Both the position numbers and the translations under genes were made by a program. The notes under the pieces are model-generated. The model worked only from the letters and a program-made list of their open reading frames with translations. It had not been told where the DNA came from and ran no database searches. A stretch of DNA of 64,000 nucleotides from Octopus vulgaris (Eukaryota): contig OX597826.1 of the NCBI GenBank assembly GCA_951406725.2, forward strand, positions 51,770,001 through 51,834,000, read 5' to 3'. How positions within the stretch are numbered: the first letter of the stretch is position 1; every line of letters starts with the position of its first letter. Below, one piece after another: positions 38,506 through 51,150 of this stretch.

Positions 38506-39147
38506 CACGTATGTATGTATTTTGTATGTATGCATATATATGTATGTATGAATGTATATAATATTTGTATATATATATATATAAATACATGCATGCTGGT
38601 ACAGGCTTCCTGTTTACTTAAAAACATAGTAGAAATGACAGTTGACTGTTAGCAAATCTTTAAATATAAATTTCAAACATCATATAGTTCCTTCTTTGGT
38701 ATTTCTGCACGTGCATACACATTTTCTATAGTTAGTTTTAAAATAAATATATATTTAAATACTAGGTATGTAACCAGCCAAATCCTTCAATGTATTTAGT
38801 CTCGATTCAAATAATTGTGAGTGGAAGAATGAATATACAAAAACCTGAAAAAAATCTAAGTATAATTTAAATGTCTTTTTCTTTATTTTTGTTTACTTCA
38901 CTTAAATGTCTCCTACTGAAGGGGACACATTTGACCTTTATTATGTCCTATTTATGGAAATATTGGTCATTTTGTCCGAAACAGTTTGGGTGGGAATATG
39001 AAATATGAAATAAAAACTTAATCCATTTTTGCATCCAGTCTACTTCATTTATTTTATTTGATGAGATTTATTAAACTTTGGTTTAATAAAATGCATCTGA
39101 TATTGATTATTTCTTTATATATATGTATACATATATATGTATGTGTG

Positions 39148-39192
<45 letters not shown>

Positions 39193-40124
39193 GAGAAAGA
39201 GGAGTGAGACTGTTTCAACTCCTATTAATAATATTGTGTAGTATTGGTTGTGTATCACAAATTTTATTCCTACTCGTGATGGGATGCATTTGTTACACCC
39301 TAAGGCCCGTTAGTTTATGCGTAATTTCCAACAAGGAATTAGCGATATGATTGTCTCCCCATTTAAGTCGCATGGTACACGTCTTTTCTTTTCTCTGAAT
39401 AACAACGTTCATTGTAATTTGTTCCCGATTAGCATTCGAAATGTTATGGTTTATTAATATGCGGATATCTGGGGGAAAAAATGGACAACAATAACAGGAA
39501 ACTATTTGTGCAGTAATTCCGATGCGATCGATCCGATGCAACATGCAGTCACATAACTTATCGTGTCATATATGATATGATAAAAGGTCATATAACATTC
39601 CTGAACAAGCTGCCATTTGTGTCTTACAAACAGAACTAAGATTAAATGGCTGCAGATCAGAAGACTATGAAAATATATAACATGTACTGAATCACCTGGA
39701 GAAAAAACAATATAGCATATTATGTAAATATACCGAACAATTACAAAGGAGATATCGGCACATTGGAATTACGTAATTGTAAATTAGAACAGCCTCAATT
39801 TAGACATTTTTAGAAATTTTAGAAGTAAAATGTTTAATAAACATGTTTAATATTTCTCTATTCTATAGATATAAAATCATAGCACTGACTACATGTTGAT
39901 TCTTTGTTTCTTGTTAATAATCAAATAACGCATTTAAATAAGCTATAATTCTACTGGTGAGTTTCTGGCTCGTTTGCATAAACTATTACATTTGGCATGC
40001 ATTTATGTGTCTCAACTTAGGGTTTGTTACCAGTTCGGTACTTTCAACGGCAAAGACGTCATTTGTTTTACTCGACGGTTTGCGCACACCGAAACGCTGT
40101 TAGCAGTGGGTGTGTAAGCCATAG

Positions 40125-40200
<76 letters not shown>

Positions 40201-40276
40201 TAAAAACGGTAAGATAACAAAAGAAAGAAAGAGACTTCAATATTACGTAAATAGAGGATATTTATCTGTAAAATAT

Positions 40277-40560
40277 TATGACAATTATTCAAAAGCCAAG
40301 ATAAAACTCTGAGTTTCGAATGCCGAAGTGGAAATCCACAACACCATCTCTTCGGTTATCTGGCCATCTGTAAAAATGTAAAAATGGCTAAATTGAGGCT
40401 ATTCTAATTTAAAATTACATATTTCCAATGTGCCGATATTTCCTTTGTAATTGTTCGGTATATTTACATATCAGATAACCGAAGAGATGGTGTTGTGGAT
40501 TTCCACTTCGGCATCCAAAACTCAGAGTTTTATCTTGGCTATTGGATAATTGTCGCATAT
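40277..40560. repeat. Inverted pair of pLTR-like segments, each with a hammerhead-like fold
   Basis: Arms ~40277-40362 and ~40472-40560; spacer 40380-40470 is the reverse complement of 39721-39815. Confidence 0.85.
40299..40361 (-). ncRNA. Minimal type-I hammerhead-like motif, CCGAAGA core variant
   Basis: AGATAA-CCGAAGA-GATG..CATTC-GAAA-CTC-A-GAG-TT-TTATCT: 6-bp stem I, palindromic stem III. Confidence 0.6.
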
Positions 40561-40563
40561 TAT

Positions 40564-40618
<55 letters not shown>

Positions 40619-41664
40619 TGAGTGAGAGAGAGAGTGAGAGAGATAGAGATCTGGGAGACAATAACAGGAAAACACCCACACACACACACACACACACATA
40701 TACGTATATGCATTTATATAGACTCATACACGAACATAAATATATATATATATATGAGATCTCAAATACTCGTAAACAACGTAACGTTGTAGCGTCTATA
40801 ACTGTCCATCTTATACTCACGGGTATATATGTGTATAAACCTGTTCCTGTATGCAGCACGACTAATAGATCATCTATTACATTCCATAAACAGTCTGTGT
40901 TTATTGGTTTAATGGTACATTTGCACGATCCAGTCTAAGAGTGGAACATTTGAAAAAAACATTTTCTTGTTGTTCTAATGCAGACAGTGACTATCAATAC
41001 AGATTTGGTTACTCACACATTAAGTACAATTTGATATTAGTCAAATTAATTGAACTAGAAGAGAAAATATGATATTTTGAACAATTGCCCTCACTGATAA
41101 CTTATCTAACAGATTTCAGTATTAATAAAAGTAAGATATAATTACATGTAGCAAAGTTACTCCAACAAGGAAGAATGAGAAATAAACCGTTGTCATTGAT
41201 GCAAGTAAATGAGAAACTAATTTTATAGATACTCGGTGAGACATTGTGGTATTAATTTTAATTTTTAATTTTCTCTTCATCCTGTATTATATATCCAAAC
41301 TGATATTGTAAACAAAGTGACTGAAACCACACACTGAAATAACAAGAATAACCGTGTCACTCTAGGCTATATCAATTCCTTGATTTTCTGTCTGAATTGA
41401 ATATGATAGTCCAATGAATTCGACTCTTGTAGAAGTCACTTCGGCGTAGGTGTTCAAGTTTTGAGACAGTAATGGGAATTTATGACGGTGTTTTTAATCT
41501 GAATTTGTATAGTTACTATCTCTATTTACAGAGCAGAATTAGCCCTTTGCTCAATTGAACACCACAACCTGACACCTTGGATGTCTTCAAGAGTGTCCCT
41601 ATTTTTTCAAGGATTTGGATCAGGTTTTCGATTTGTAGATACTTGCCTTCCTCAGTTCCACTGG

Positions 41665-41705
<41 letters not shown>

Positions 41706-41841
41706 GAGGGCATTATATACATGCCAGAAGGCATTATACATACATGCCAAACGCTAAGAGGGACAATTAGTCATTTCTACCAAAAATATTACTAATCCCA
41801 CCGAATGCAATTTTTCAAAGTAAGACATTTAAAAAATATAT

Positions 41842-41889
41842 AGACCTGTATCACAGTGATTTCATACTTACGTACTCATCAGCAGGCCT
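41842..41889 (-). ncRNA. Minimal type-I hammerhead ribozyme (left arm of palindrome)
   Basis: Reverse complement of 42016-42063. Confidence 0.8.
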
Positions 41890-42015
41890 GAATGCATTAT
41901 AAATAAACAACGACCGTGCCCCGCTTAAGTCGATCAGCTAACTGTTCAACATTCAACGAACAGTTAGCTGATCGACTTAAGCGGGGCACGGTCGTTGTTT
42001 ATTTATAATGCATTC

Positions 42016-42063
42016 AGGCCTGCTGATGAGTACGTAAGTATGAAATCACTGTGATACAGGTCT
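42016..42063 (+). ncRNA. Minimal type-I hammerhead ribozyme, intact core
   Basis: AGGCCTG-CTGATGA-GTAC-GTAA-GTAT-GAAA-TCAC-T-GTGA-TA-CAGGTCT. Confidence 0.85.
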
Positions 42064-44865
42064 ATATATTTTTTAAATGTCTTACTTTGAAAAATTGCAT
42101 TCGGTGGGATTAGTAATATTTTTGGTAGAAATGACTAATTGTCCCTCTTAGCGTTTGGCATGTATGTATAATGCCTTCTGGCATGTATATAATGCCCTCT
42201 ATATATAAATTAATATGTTCAATAAGAAATAATTATTTTCGAAATTTTTTCTCTTATGAGGTTCTTACGCTATCTACCTGACAATTTCTTGTTAAGTTTT
42301 CCTTATTAAGTAGTTGTCCTTAATTGCTAAATCTATATATATATATATATATATAACATGAAGAACAGAAAAACTAAAATAGATTAGCTCTCATTCTAAT
42401 ATAATGTATGTATGTATGCATAATTCTTTAAAATTCTTTAAAATGTTTAAGCTTCAAAGCTGCGGTCATGCATGCTGGGGCACCACCGTACGTATGTATA
42501 TGCTGAATGAATCTGACATATACATCTGTTTAGTTTATTCTATTGTTCGTTCCAGGTTTAAAAAGTTATTCTTGGAGAAATGTAAAAACAATTGTAGAAT
42601 GTTTTATCATTTCTCTTTTTGATTCAATCTTAACAATGGTAGAGGGAGATACTGGATGTGATGTGATGACAACAAAAATGTCTGAAATTAAAATAACGTC
42701 CAAACAGATGAGCAATGATGTTATTTTGAAAGTCCATGTCAGACAGTAATCTTTCCTGAACCATTGCCTATCACTCCAGACATCAAGCAATAATAAATAA
42801 GAGGATTATTTGTGTATAAACAATTGTCAGAAAGCTAAAGTAGTTTCAGTTACAGACTGAAGTCAATATTGATGTTATTATCTTCACCATTAAGAATGCA
42901 GTTATCCAATGACAGAACTGTTTAACTGTTTTCTTCTTATTTTCTCTCTTCACAGTCAAGTTTAAATTCATTTTACACACACCCACACCTTTACACATTT
43001 ACACACTCACATACATATTTATTGATAGATATATGCAAACATTTTATATAACATAAATACAGGAAGTGACAAAGCTCTTTACAATACGCGGAGATCCATG
43101 TATATTTTCCATTATGTGCACACAAATTGCTTAAATTGATGTATTTTTCTTGAGTATAACAATGCGCATTAGCATGTGTATATCAGTGTCTATGTAAAAT
43201 AGTGTTTATGTTTAAATGATTGCAAATATCTTTTATGCTTATCAAATTGTTGTTACGTTTATCTGTGATTATATCTTTAATACACATTTTCGTTGGATTT
43301 TTATGATATCTTATATAATTATCCATAAAATACTTCATAATTTTGTGGTATGGAAATAAATATTGTTTAAGGGAAATTTGAGATTTATTGAAAAACGTTA
43401 AAAATATTGGCCATATTTAGTGTCAGACTTTTCAGGGTTTATTGGAATATATGGCACAAAAAAGAACAATATAGAAAATGTACTCTATCTTATTATTAAA
43501 GTGAGATGGCTTTACTTAAGAAAGCGTTATCATTGAGACATGATAGTGAGATAAATTACAACTCAAACTAACATAATTGCCTATAATGCACGATGTATAA
43601 ACTGTCATATTTCGAAACGATGTTCATTTCAGTTAAGAATTACACTATCATTGATACTTTTTCTCCCTTAATGGAATGTCACTCTCTGTCAATTACATTT
43701 GACAAATTATTTATTCCAGTCACATTAGATATATTTATGTATAGAAGGATTAAAAGACGTGGAAGTCTATAAGCAACAAAAAATCCAGCGACAGCGTCTG
43801 CAATGTCTTGTCTTTGACGATGCCTTGCAATTCATTTTTCTTAGTTAGTATTACAAAAAGATATTTTAAAATCTGCTTTTTGAAAACAATATATGTATAA
43901 CACCGTAACTGATTTATATAACGTTAGAAAATACAGCAAATATTAAAACAAAGATGTGTAATCAATACGAGTGCTATAGTATTGTTATATATTTAGATTA
44001 TTTATACATTGAAAAGCAAAGTTCAGATCCATGTTTACAAATTTATATTACATTGTATACGATAATAAAAGTGAAATGAAATTTCCGTATTATACACAAA
44101 CATACACAGACACCCTTCCTTGCGCATTATTTTTTTGAAGCCGAGAAAATCTTCAGAAACTATTAGTGAGTTTCAGATAGCAGCAGATTAAACAGTTTTA
44201 TATTTGCGGGGTGTATAAATTAGGTACCAGTGAAGCGCTGGGGTCGACGTAATAAATAATTATTATAAGATGTTTAACCTCATTAGAGCGCCTTTCAAAT
44301 TATGCTGTGGTGTTCTGAAATGTCGCTGGCGTTTCATCACTCTATAATATCTCGCATAAGTACCAATAAAAACGTAGTAGATTTAATCGCCTATTGATCG
44401 CTTAAATTATTTGTCTCTGTTATCGCGGATACAGCAATTAACTGAAAATACTTTGTCTCTGTTTCTTATGAAGAATTCTATCATTTATGCCTGATCTATG
44501 TAACTTTACTCTTCTATATGTTTCAGTGGACATATTGACTAAGAACATTAAGGCAGAATTCAGATTTGATTTGGCCAATCAAAACAGATATGAGAAAAAC
44601 AGCGTTTGTGCAGTCGCTCAGTCTAGTAGCAATAAGAACAGCCACGGTTTCATATGACAAACTACTGTGATAAGAAAGAATAGATGAAAAGATATGGGCC
44701 TTGGATATACTGTACTTGAAACAAATAAATACTAAATAATATACTGGAATAGTGGGTTGGAATATTTCTATTGCTACCATCTAATTTGTTGGTGTTGATC
44801 TGAAAAAACAAGAAATATTACAAACATGGCTATGAGGTAAGAAGCTTGCTTCCTAGCCACACTTT

Positions 44866-45450
44866 GTGACACCTAGTAGTGATTTAGGGTGCATTGTAGC
44901 ACCTACGTTGCTAGAAATAAGAGTCAAAGTCCCTTATAGACACAACATAGCACAAGTTCAGGGAGTTATGGACAGGGGAGTTAATCGCCCTATAGCGAGG
45001 GAAAATTATCTTATAATATTCACATTAGATTTGTGCTATGCTTATCGGTATAAGAGTCTTTGATTCTTATTTCTAGCAATGTAGGTGATACAGTGCACCA
45101 TCAGTCACTATTAGTGACAATATCATTTTTACTTTTTGATATTATATTGCGTGTATCACCTTTATTGTTTTATAATTTTCACATCGCCATTTTGTCAAGT
45201 CAGCCATTGATTATCATAGTAAAATCTATCTACTGACACGTAGAGTTTGACTTAACTATAAACCATTGAATACTACTGCTGATGAGCTTTAATTTCAAGC
45301 GAATTTGGCTTGCTACGTAGTACTTTCGCTCGCAATGGGGCGGTTAACTCTTCTGTCAGTACATAGACTAGTGCTATGTTCGTGGCCATAAGGGTTTTTG
45401 ACTCTTATTTCTAGTACTGTAGATGTACAATGCGCCCTCAGTCACTATAT
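44866..45450 (+). mobile_element. ~338-bp direct-repeat unit plus inverted copy, with degenerate hammerhead (45271-45322)
   Basis: 45033-45110 resembles 45371-45447 (direct); 44873-44952 is the inverted copy; TACTACTG-CTGATGA-GCTT(7 nt)AAGC-GAAT..CGTAGTA. Confidence 0.6.
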
Positions 45451-45519
45451 ATACATACATACATATATATATATATAATATTAATTTAATATAATATATA
45501 TATAGAGAGAGATATATGT

Positions 45520-45728
45520 CTTTGTGTCTGTGTGTTTGTCGCTTACCACCGCTTGCCAACCGGTCTTGGTGTGTTTCCGTCCTCGTGACCTAGGGATTCG
45601 GCAAAGAGACCGAAAGAATAAGTACCAGGCTTAGAATAATAAGTCATTGGGTTTATTTGTTCGACTAAAACCCTTGAAAGCGGTGCCCCAACATGGCCGC
45701 AGTCAAATGACCGAAACAAGTAAGAAAA
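45520..45728 (+). mobile_element. SINE family A, 3' half
   Basis: Family A tail sequence. Confidence 0.75.
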
Positions 45729-46335
45729 AATGATATATTAAATTGCATGTCTCATCTTTAATGCAAATCCAGCTAAATCAAATTGCCTTCTATTGCAGCA
45801 TTCTGGAGTTTGAGCATTGATATTGAATTCACTTAATTTCGTTTTTATATGAGAGAATACCTTCAATCAAAATTTACTAATATAAAACCCCCTGGGATGA
45901 CAGTGCCTGTCATCCCTTATAACTCTGCCAAAAGGCTTCAGTTCTTCACACGCCAGCTTAATTTAATTCGTCCTTAGTCGAAATACACTTGTTGTTAATG
46001 TCCTATTGTTTGCATTTGTATTTGTGTACCATTTCTCCGTTTTTCTTTTTGTCCTTGTTTTTGTATACATTCGCTGCCTTCTTCCAAGGAATGTAGAGCT
46101 CTTAGATTTTTCTTTGGGCTGGCCAGATTGGAGCAGTCTCGAGTATAACCAGCCGAAACTGCAAAGATAATTTGGAACTCGACTGAGGAAAAAAAAATTC
46201 CGAATGACCCGTCCTTGTTTTTTCTTGTCCCCCTTTGTATCCTCTAACTGTCTGGATGTATTGTTACCTGTTGCGTTCTTGTCCCATTTTTTGTATTCTT
46301 TTTTATATACATATAGCGGCGTACGTACACTTTGG

Positions 46336-46382
<47 letters not shown>

Positions 46383-46659
46383 GCTTACATGCATACATAG
46401 ATCAACACATGTACACATTTATAAATGTATATATGAATGTATCACACCCGGTGAATTTATTTCTATATCGTATAATGTTTACATGTAAACGTGTAAATAC
46501 ATATTAGTATATACTTTATACCTTTTGATTTATGTGCGTATCTGTTTGTGTGTGTATGTGTGCGCGAGTGTCCGTGTCTGTGTATGTGTGTATGTATGTG
46601 TATTGTGTGTTGAGAGTTCCCGAAAAAACTTGTAGAGTGTACTATTTATTTAAACTTTG

Positions 46660-46830
46660 AATCATTACCACGCCGGGCGGAATTAGTAGCATCTTGGCGG
46701 TCTTTACATTCTAATTTCAAATTCTACTGACGTCGGCTTTACCTTCCATCTTGTCGAGGTCGATAATTTAAGTTCCAGTTAAGCACTGAGGTCAATGTGA
46801 TTGCTGGCCTTGTGCCAAAATTTGAAACCA
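46660..46830 (+). mobile_element. SINE family C (diverged)
   Basis: acgccgggcg..caaattc..ccttccatc..ggtcgataatttaagttccag. Confidence 0.6.
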
Positions 46831-47366
46831 CTTTCTATTTAAACTGCCTTTCATTTTCTCATACGTCGAGGCAGATTCTTGTCAGAAAATAGAAGAGAAG
46901 TATTCCCTCTGAACACGTTGAGTGATGATATGTTAAGATGTAGAGACGGTAGTAGGAAAATCGGAGGACAAGAGATTAACCGTTACATGGTCATTCTTGC
47001 GACAAGTTGATTTTGAAAACTAGAGCGAAAGAAGGATTAGAAAATACTCACCCTCGGTGACATTGATGATACTGCTTATACAAAGTATAGAAAATGCATT
47101 GTTGTGGGTCAAATATTTATGATGAATGAAATGTGTCGTGTTAAATGTATTTATCGTTTGTGTTGATAGCTCAGTAATCCGGTAGAATAAAGTTGAAGTT
47201 GCCAAGAGATTATCAAGACTCTGTTAAATAACGGAAAGATTAAAGAAGCAATAAGAATCAATGAAACATTGCAATCTGATGTGGAATCTTGCCAAATCAA
47301 AAGATCTCCTACTTTATCTTCGACTCGGTTGTACATTATTACATAAATGTTATATAGTAGATAAAC

Positions 47367-47394
47367 ATCTATCTATCCATCTATCCATCTATCC

Positions 47395-47470
<76 letters not shown>
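47367..47470. repeat. (CTAT)n microsatellite
   Basis: Direct reading. Confidence 0.95.
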
Positions 47471-48304
47471 GTGTGTCTGTCTATTTTCTTGTCTGCCTGT
47501 GTTTGTATAAATGTAAACAGCACAGTTAAAGAGATAGGTATGCAGTTTAGAAGTTCGCTCTGCAACTCCGTGTTTTCTGGTTAAATACTGCATAACACGA
47601 TAGTCTGTGATACTTTAAGTCGTGCGTTATATTTCAATTTTATTTCCCTCAGTATCTTGGACATGTGTCTTCTACAATTGCCTTGAATCGGGCAGAGACA
47701 TTTTTGTGACATTTGGCAGACGGTCAACAGCTATATTCTTCGGTTGAAACGATCCTCCTTATTTTTTATCGCAGACTTAACGCGCTAACCACACAGGAAT
47801 GTCTGTACCCACAAATGCAAAGACCATTTGCAGCCTATAACAAAATACTAAAGAGATAACTATAAAAGGTATCTAGTTAGCAATCAAAAAAATATGTAAA
47901 TATGCTTTTCTGAGAAAGCTTTACATTTCGAATATTGAAATATATTAAAATATACACTTTTGACGTCATTAACTTTCACACTACAACTTTATCTTTATTC
48001 AGTTATACTCTGTCAGAAACATTTGTTTTCTCCATTCCATATGTCTGGGAAGCTCTGAGAAAAGACCCGACTCAGTTAAAAAGGGATTTGAACACAGAAC
48101 AATTCATATAGTAAGTAGTTTATGCCTTACCATGTCGTTTCCACACACTGAGGATTGTCGAAAATTCTTGCTTTGTGTTTTGAATATCTTCAAATCATTG
48201 CACAGACAAAGGGAAAAAGAGAGGAGGAGAGGGTAAGAGAAGAGAGAAAGAAAGAGAGTGGAAGAAGGACGATAAAAAGAGAAAGAGAGAGATTTTCTTT
48301 GATG

Positions 48305-48340
<36 letters not shown>

Positions 48341-48439
48341 GTGTGTGTGATTGTGTATAGAAGAGATATATTATAAGATAATATATTATAATTGAGTAAA
48401 ATAAAATGAAATAGTAGAATGTTAAATATTCATTCTGAT

Positions 48440-48484
48440 TGAACTAGTACTTTCATGCATTGAATTCTGCAATCTTCGGGTTCA
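48440..48484 (-). ncRNA. Minimal type-I hammerhead-like motif in PLE 3' region, CCGAAGA core variant
   Basis: TGAAC-CCGAAGA-TTGCA-GAATTCAA-TGCAT-GAAA-GTAC-TA-GTTCA. Confidence 0.7.
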
Positions 48485-48967
48485 TGTAGTAGTGTTGACA
48501 GTCATGCTTCACAATTTTTGACTGTAGCAAGATGAGTGATTCTGTGCTATAAATACAGCTGGGTAGGCTCCAGAGTGCTAGGTTTGCAACTGTATTCTGA
48601 CCAATCAGTGTGTAGTATCACTCAATTACTTAAGCTGATTGGTTGGTTGAGCTGATTGGTTTAGGCATCACGCTTGTTGGACAGGTCAAGAGTCCTGTAT
48701 CTTGACCCTGGCCAAGCAGCAATTGTTGGGTTATTTTAGAAATGTTGTAAATATCCTTTGTCAGAGATTTTTATATTTTATATCAATTGTCATCATCATC
48801 ATTGTCAGCACCTTAATTATGTTGCTAGTGGTGATGGTGGTGGCAATAGAACTTTAACCCTAAATAAGATAATTTTCCTGCTATCTTCGTCTTGATCACC
48901 TTTAGTATTGTTGTTGTTGTTAGTGGTCATGGTCGTAGCAGTGGAAGTAATACTCTAAGTATTATTA

Positions 48968-50696
48968 TTATTGCTTATTTAGCTTGGGTTCGAATTTATC
49001 AATAAAATTCTTTTCTCTGATTTTCCTCTCGATTTCACTTGGGCTGTGTAATTTGTAGAATGGAAATATTATATATATTTTCCGACCACATGTTGCTAGG
49101 TGGTTACTCAAAGGTATCTGACGGACCTCTGGGTCTCTAATCTGTTGCCGGTGTACACGTGAGCGTTCTAATAGTGCGTTTCCCGTCTGACCTACATATA
49201 TTTCTTCACAATTTGGGCATTTGATGCAGTAAATTAAATTTCTGCTTTTGCAGTTCATATTCGCGTTTGTGAATATTTTCCGGTTTTTGTGTTTATATAT
49301 TGACCGGTATGTATGAATTGGCATGTGCCACATCGGCTATCATTGCATTTAGATACCGTGAATGTTTGGTCTTTGTTGCTGAGGTCAAATTTTGCCTTTG
49401 TTAGTAATGTTTTCAAGTTTTTAGGCTGTCTTTACTAAGCACCATAGCTCGATCCTTGATTATGTCTTTTAATTCATTACTTTGGGCAATGATTGGAAGG
49501 TTTGCTTTGGCAATGTTGAAGATATTCTGGTGACATGGGTTGTGTGTCACTATGAATGGTATGACTTGTTCTTGTTTTCCTCTTCCTTGGGTTGTCCTAA
49601 GTTGTTGTATAGGTATTTTTATAGCCGCTGTATGCCATTTTCTATAAGTAGAGATGGGTATTTTTGTTTGAGCAAAAATTCTCTTAGTTCTATTAGGCGT
49701 TTGTTCCTGATATTTGCATCTTCTACAATAGTACAAATTCTTCTGGCTAGGCAGTATGGGATGTTACGTTTTGTATGTGGTGGATGGCACGACTTAAAAT
49801 TTAGGTATTGATGTGTGTCTGTGTGTTTATAGTATATATCTGTGGTGATGGTGGTGTCATTTTAATTACCATTATATCCAGGAATGGTAATTGGTACTAC
49901 TCATCTCCTTGTAAATTTGAGAGATGGGTGAGGTTGTTCAGGAGGATATTGAACTCTTCCAGAGTATTTAGAGATTCTGTCCAGATTATGAAACAGTCGT
50001 CTAGGTATCTCTTCCATGCCTTTTCAATATACTTTCTAAATCCAGTGCCATAGTTTACCTCCACCTCTTGGTAGAGTTGTTCTTCTAAGTATCCCATTAC
50101 AGAGTTGGCGTAAACGGGAGCAAACCTCGTTCCCATCGCCGTGCCTCTAATTTGGATGTAATTCTTTCCATTGAAGAAGAATGTGTTATTTTCTAGAATA
50201 AGTTTGACTGTGTCTAATATAAATGCCACTGTGAATCTGCTGGAATCACTTCTCTATGTTTTTCTAACCAGTATTTAATCGCCTTTATTCCTAAATCGTG
50301 TGGAATATTGGTGTAGAGGCTACCACATCAAAACTTAGCAAAACTGAATTTGTTTCTGTTGTTTTGGGAAGATGGGACAGGAAGTCGATGTCATCCCTGA
50401 TGAAACTTGGTATGTAAGTACATAGTGGTTTCAAAACAATGTCAATAAAATTGCTTAGACGGTGTGTAGGGCATGCTGGACCAGCTATAATAGGTCTAAG
50501 TTTTAGGTCTTTTGGATGTAATAATTTTATGTACTCACTTTCTTGTTCTTTTACTGCCTGTTGAATGTTTTTTGATTTGTGTATTTTTGTAAGCCGTAGA
50601 AGTTGCTGGGTTTTGGTTCAAAATTGGTGATGTAGTCTTTTTCATTATCCGTAAGTGAGTTGTGGTGTGTTGAAATCAGGTTGTTGATCTTTTTCA

Positions 50697-50697
<1 letters not shown>
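48968..50697 (-). pseudogene. Penelope-type reverse transcriptase / GIY-YIG endonuclease ORF, frameshifted
   Basis: PSNFYGL, KLRPIIAGPACPT, SFDVV..LYTNIPH, QIRGTAMGTRFAPVYAN, WKRYLDDCF, LPFLDI, NLIYCIKCPNCEEIYVGQTG, REKNFIDKFEPKLN. Confidence 0.93.
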
Positions 50698-50862
<165 letters not shown>

Positions 50863-50864
50863 CA

Positions 50865-51150
50865 TGTGGAGGCGCAATGGCCCAGTGGTTAGGGCAGGGG
50901 ACTCGCCGTCGTAGGATCGCGGTTTCGATTCCCAGACCGGGCATTGTGAGTGTTTATTGAACGAAAACACCAAAAGTTTCACGAGGTATGGTGTGGTGGC
51001 GATCCCTGCTCTCATTCTCTCATTCTTTCTTCTGTTGACCTGCTCGCTTAGCCAGCGGGGTGGCGTCATTTCAATGCTAAAACAATGCGAAGCGCATTGT
51101 GACCAGTGATGTGTAGCAACATCTGATAGCCTGGTCGGTCACGGTGATAT
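50865..51150 (+). mobile_element. tRNA-derived SINE family B, tail variant 1
   Basis: Homologous to 6525-6815. Confidence 0.85.

Larger units (their letters stand above)
41695..42210. repeat. Perfect palindrome, 253-bp arms, 10-bp spacer
   Basis: 41695-41947 is the reverse complement of 41958-42210; spacer aacattcaac; the repeat continues unpaired to ~42332. Confidence 0.95.

Noticed and set aside
46665-46690. Helitron-like 3' motif acgccgggcg..tag
   Set aside because: Explained by the SINE C head, which contains gcacgccgggcgaaat.
46940-47340. Possible ancient PLE RT N-terminal remnant
   Set aside because: Only faint motif resemblance across frameshifts; needs an HMM search.
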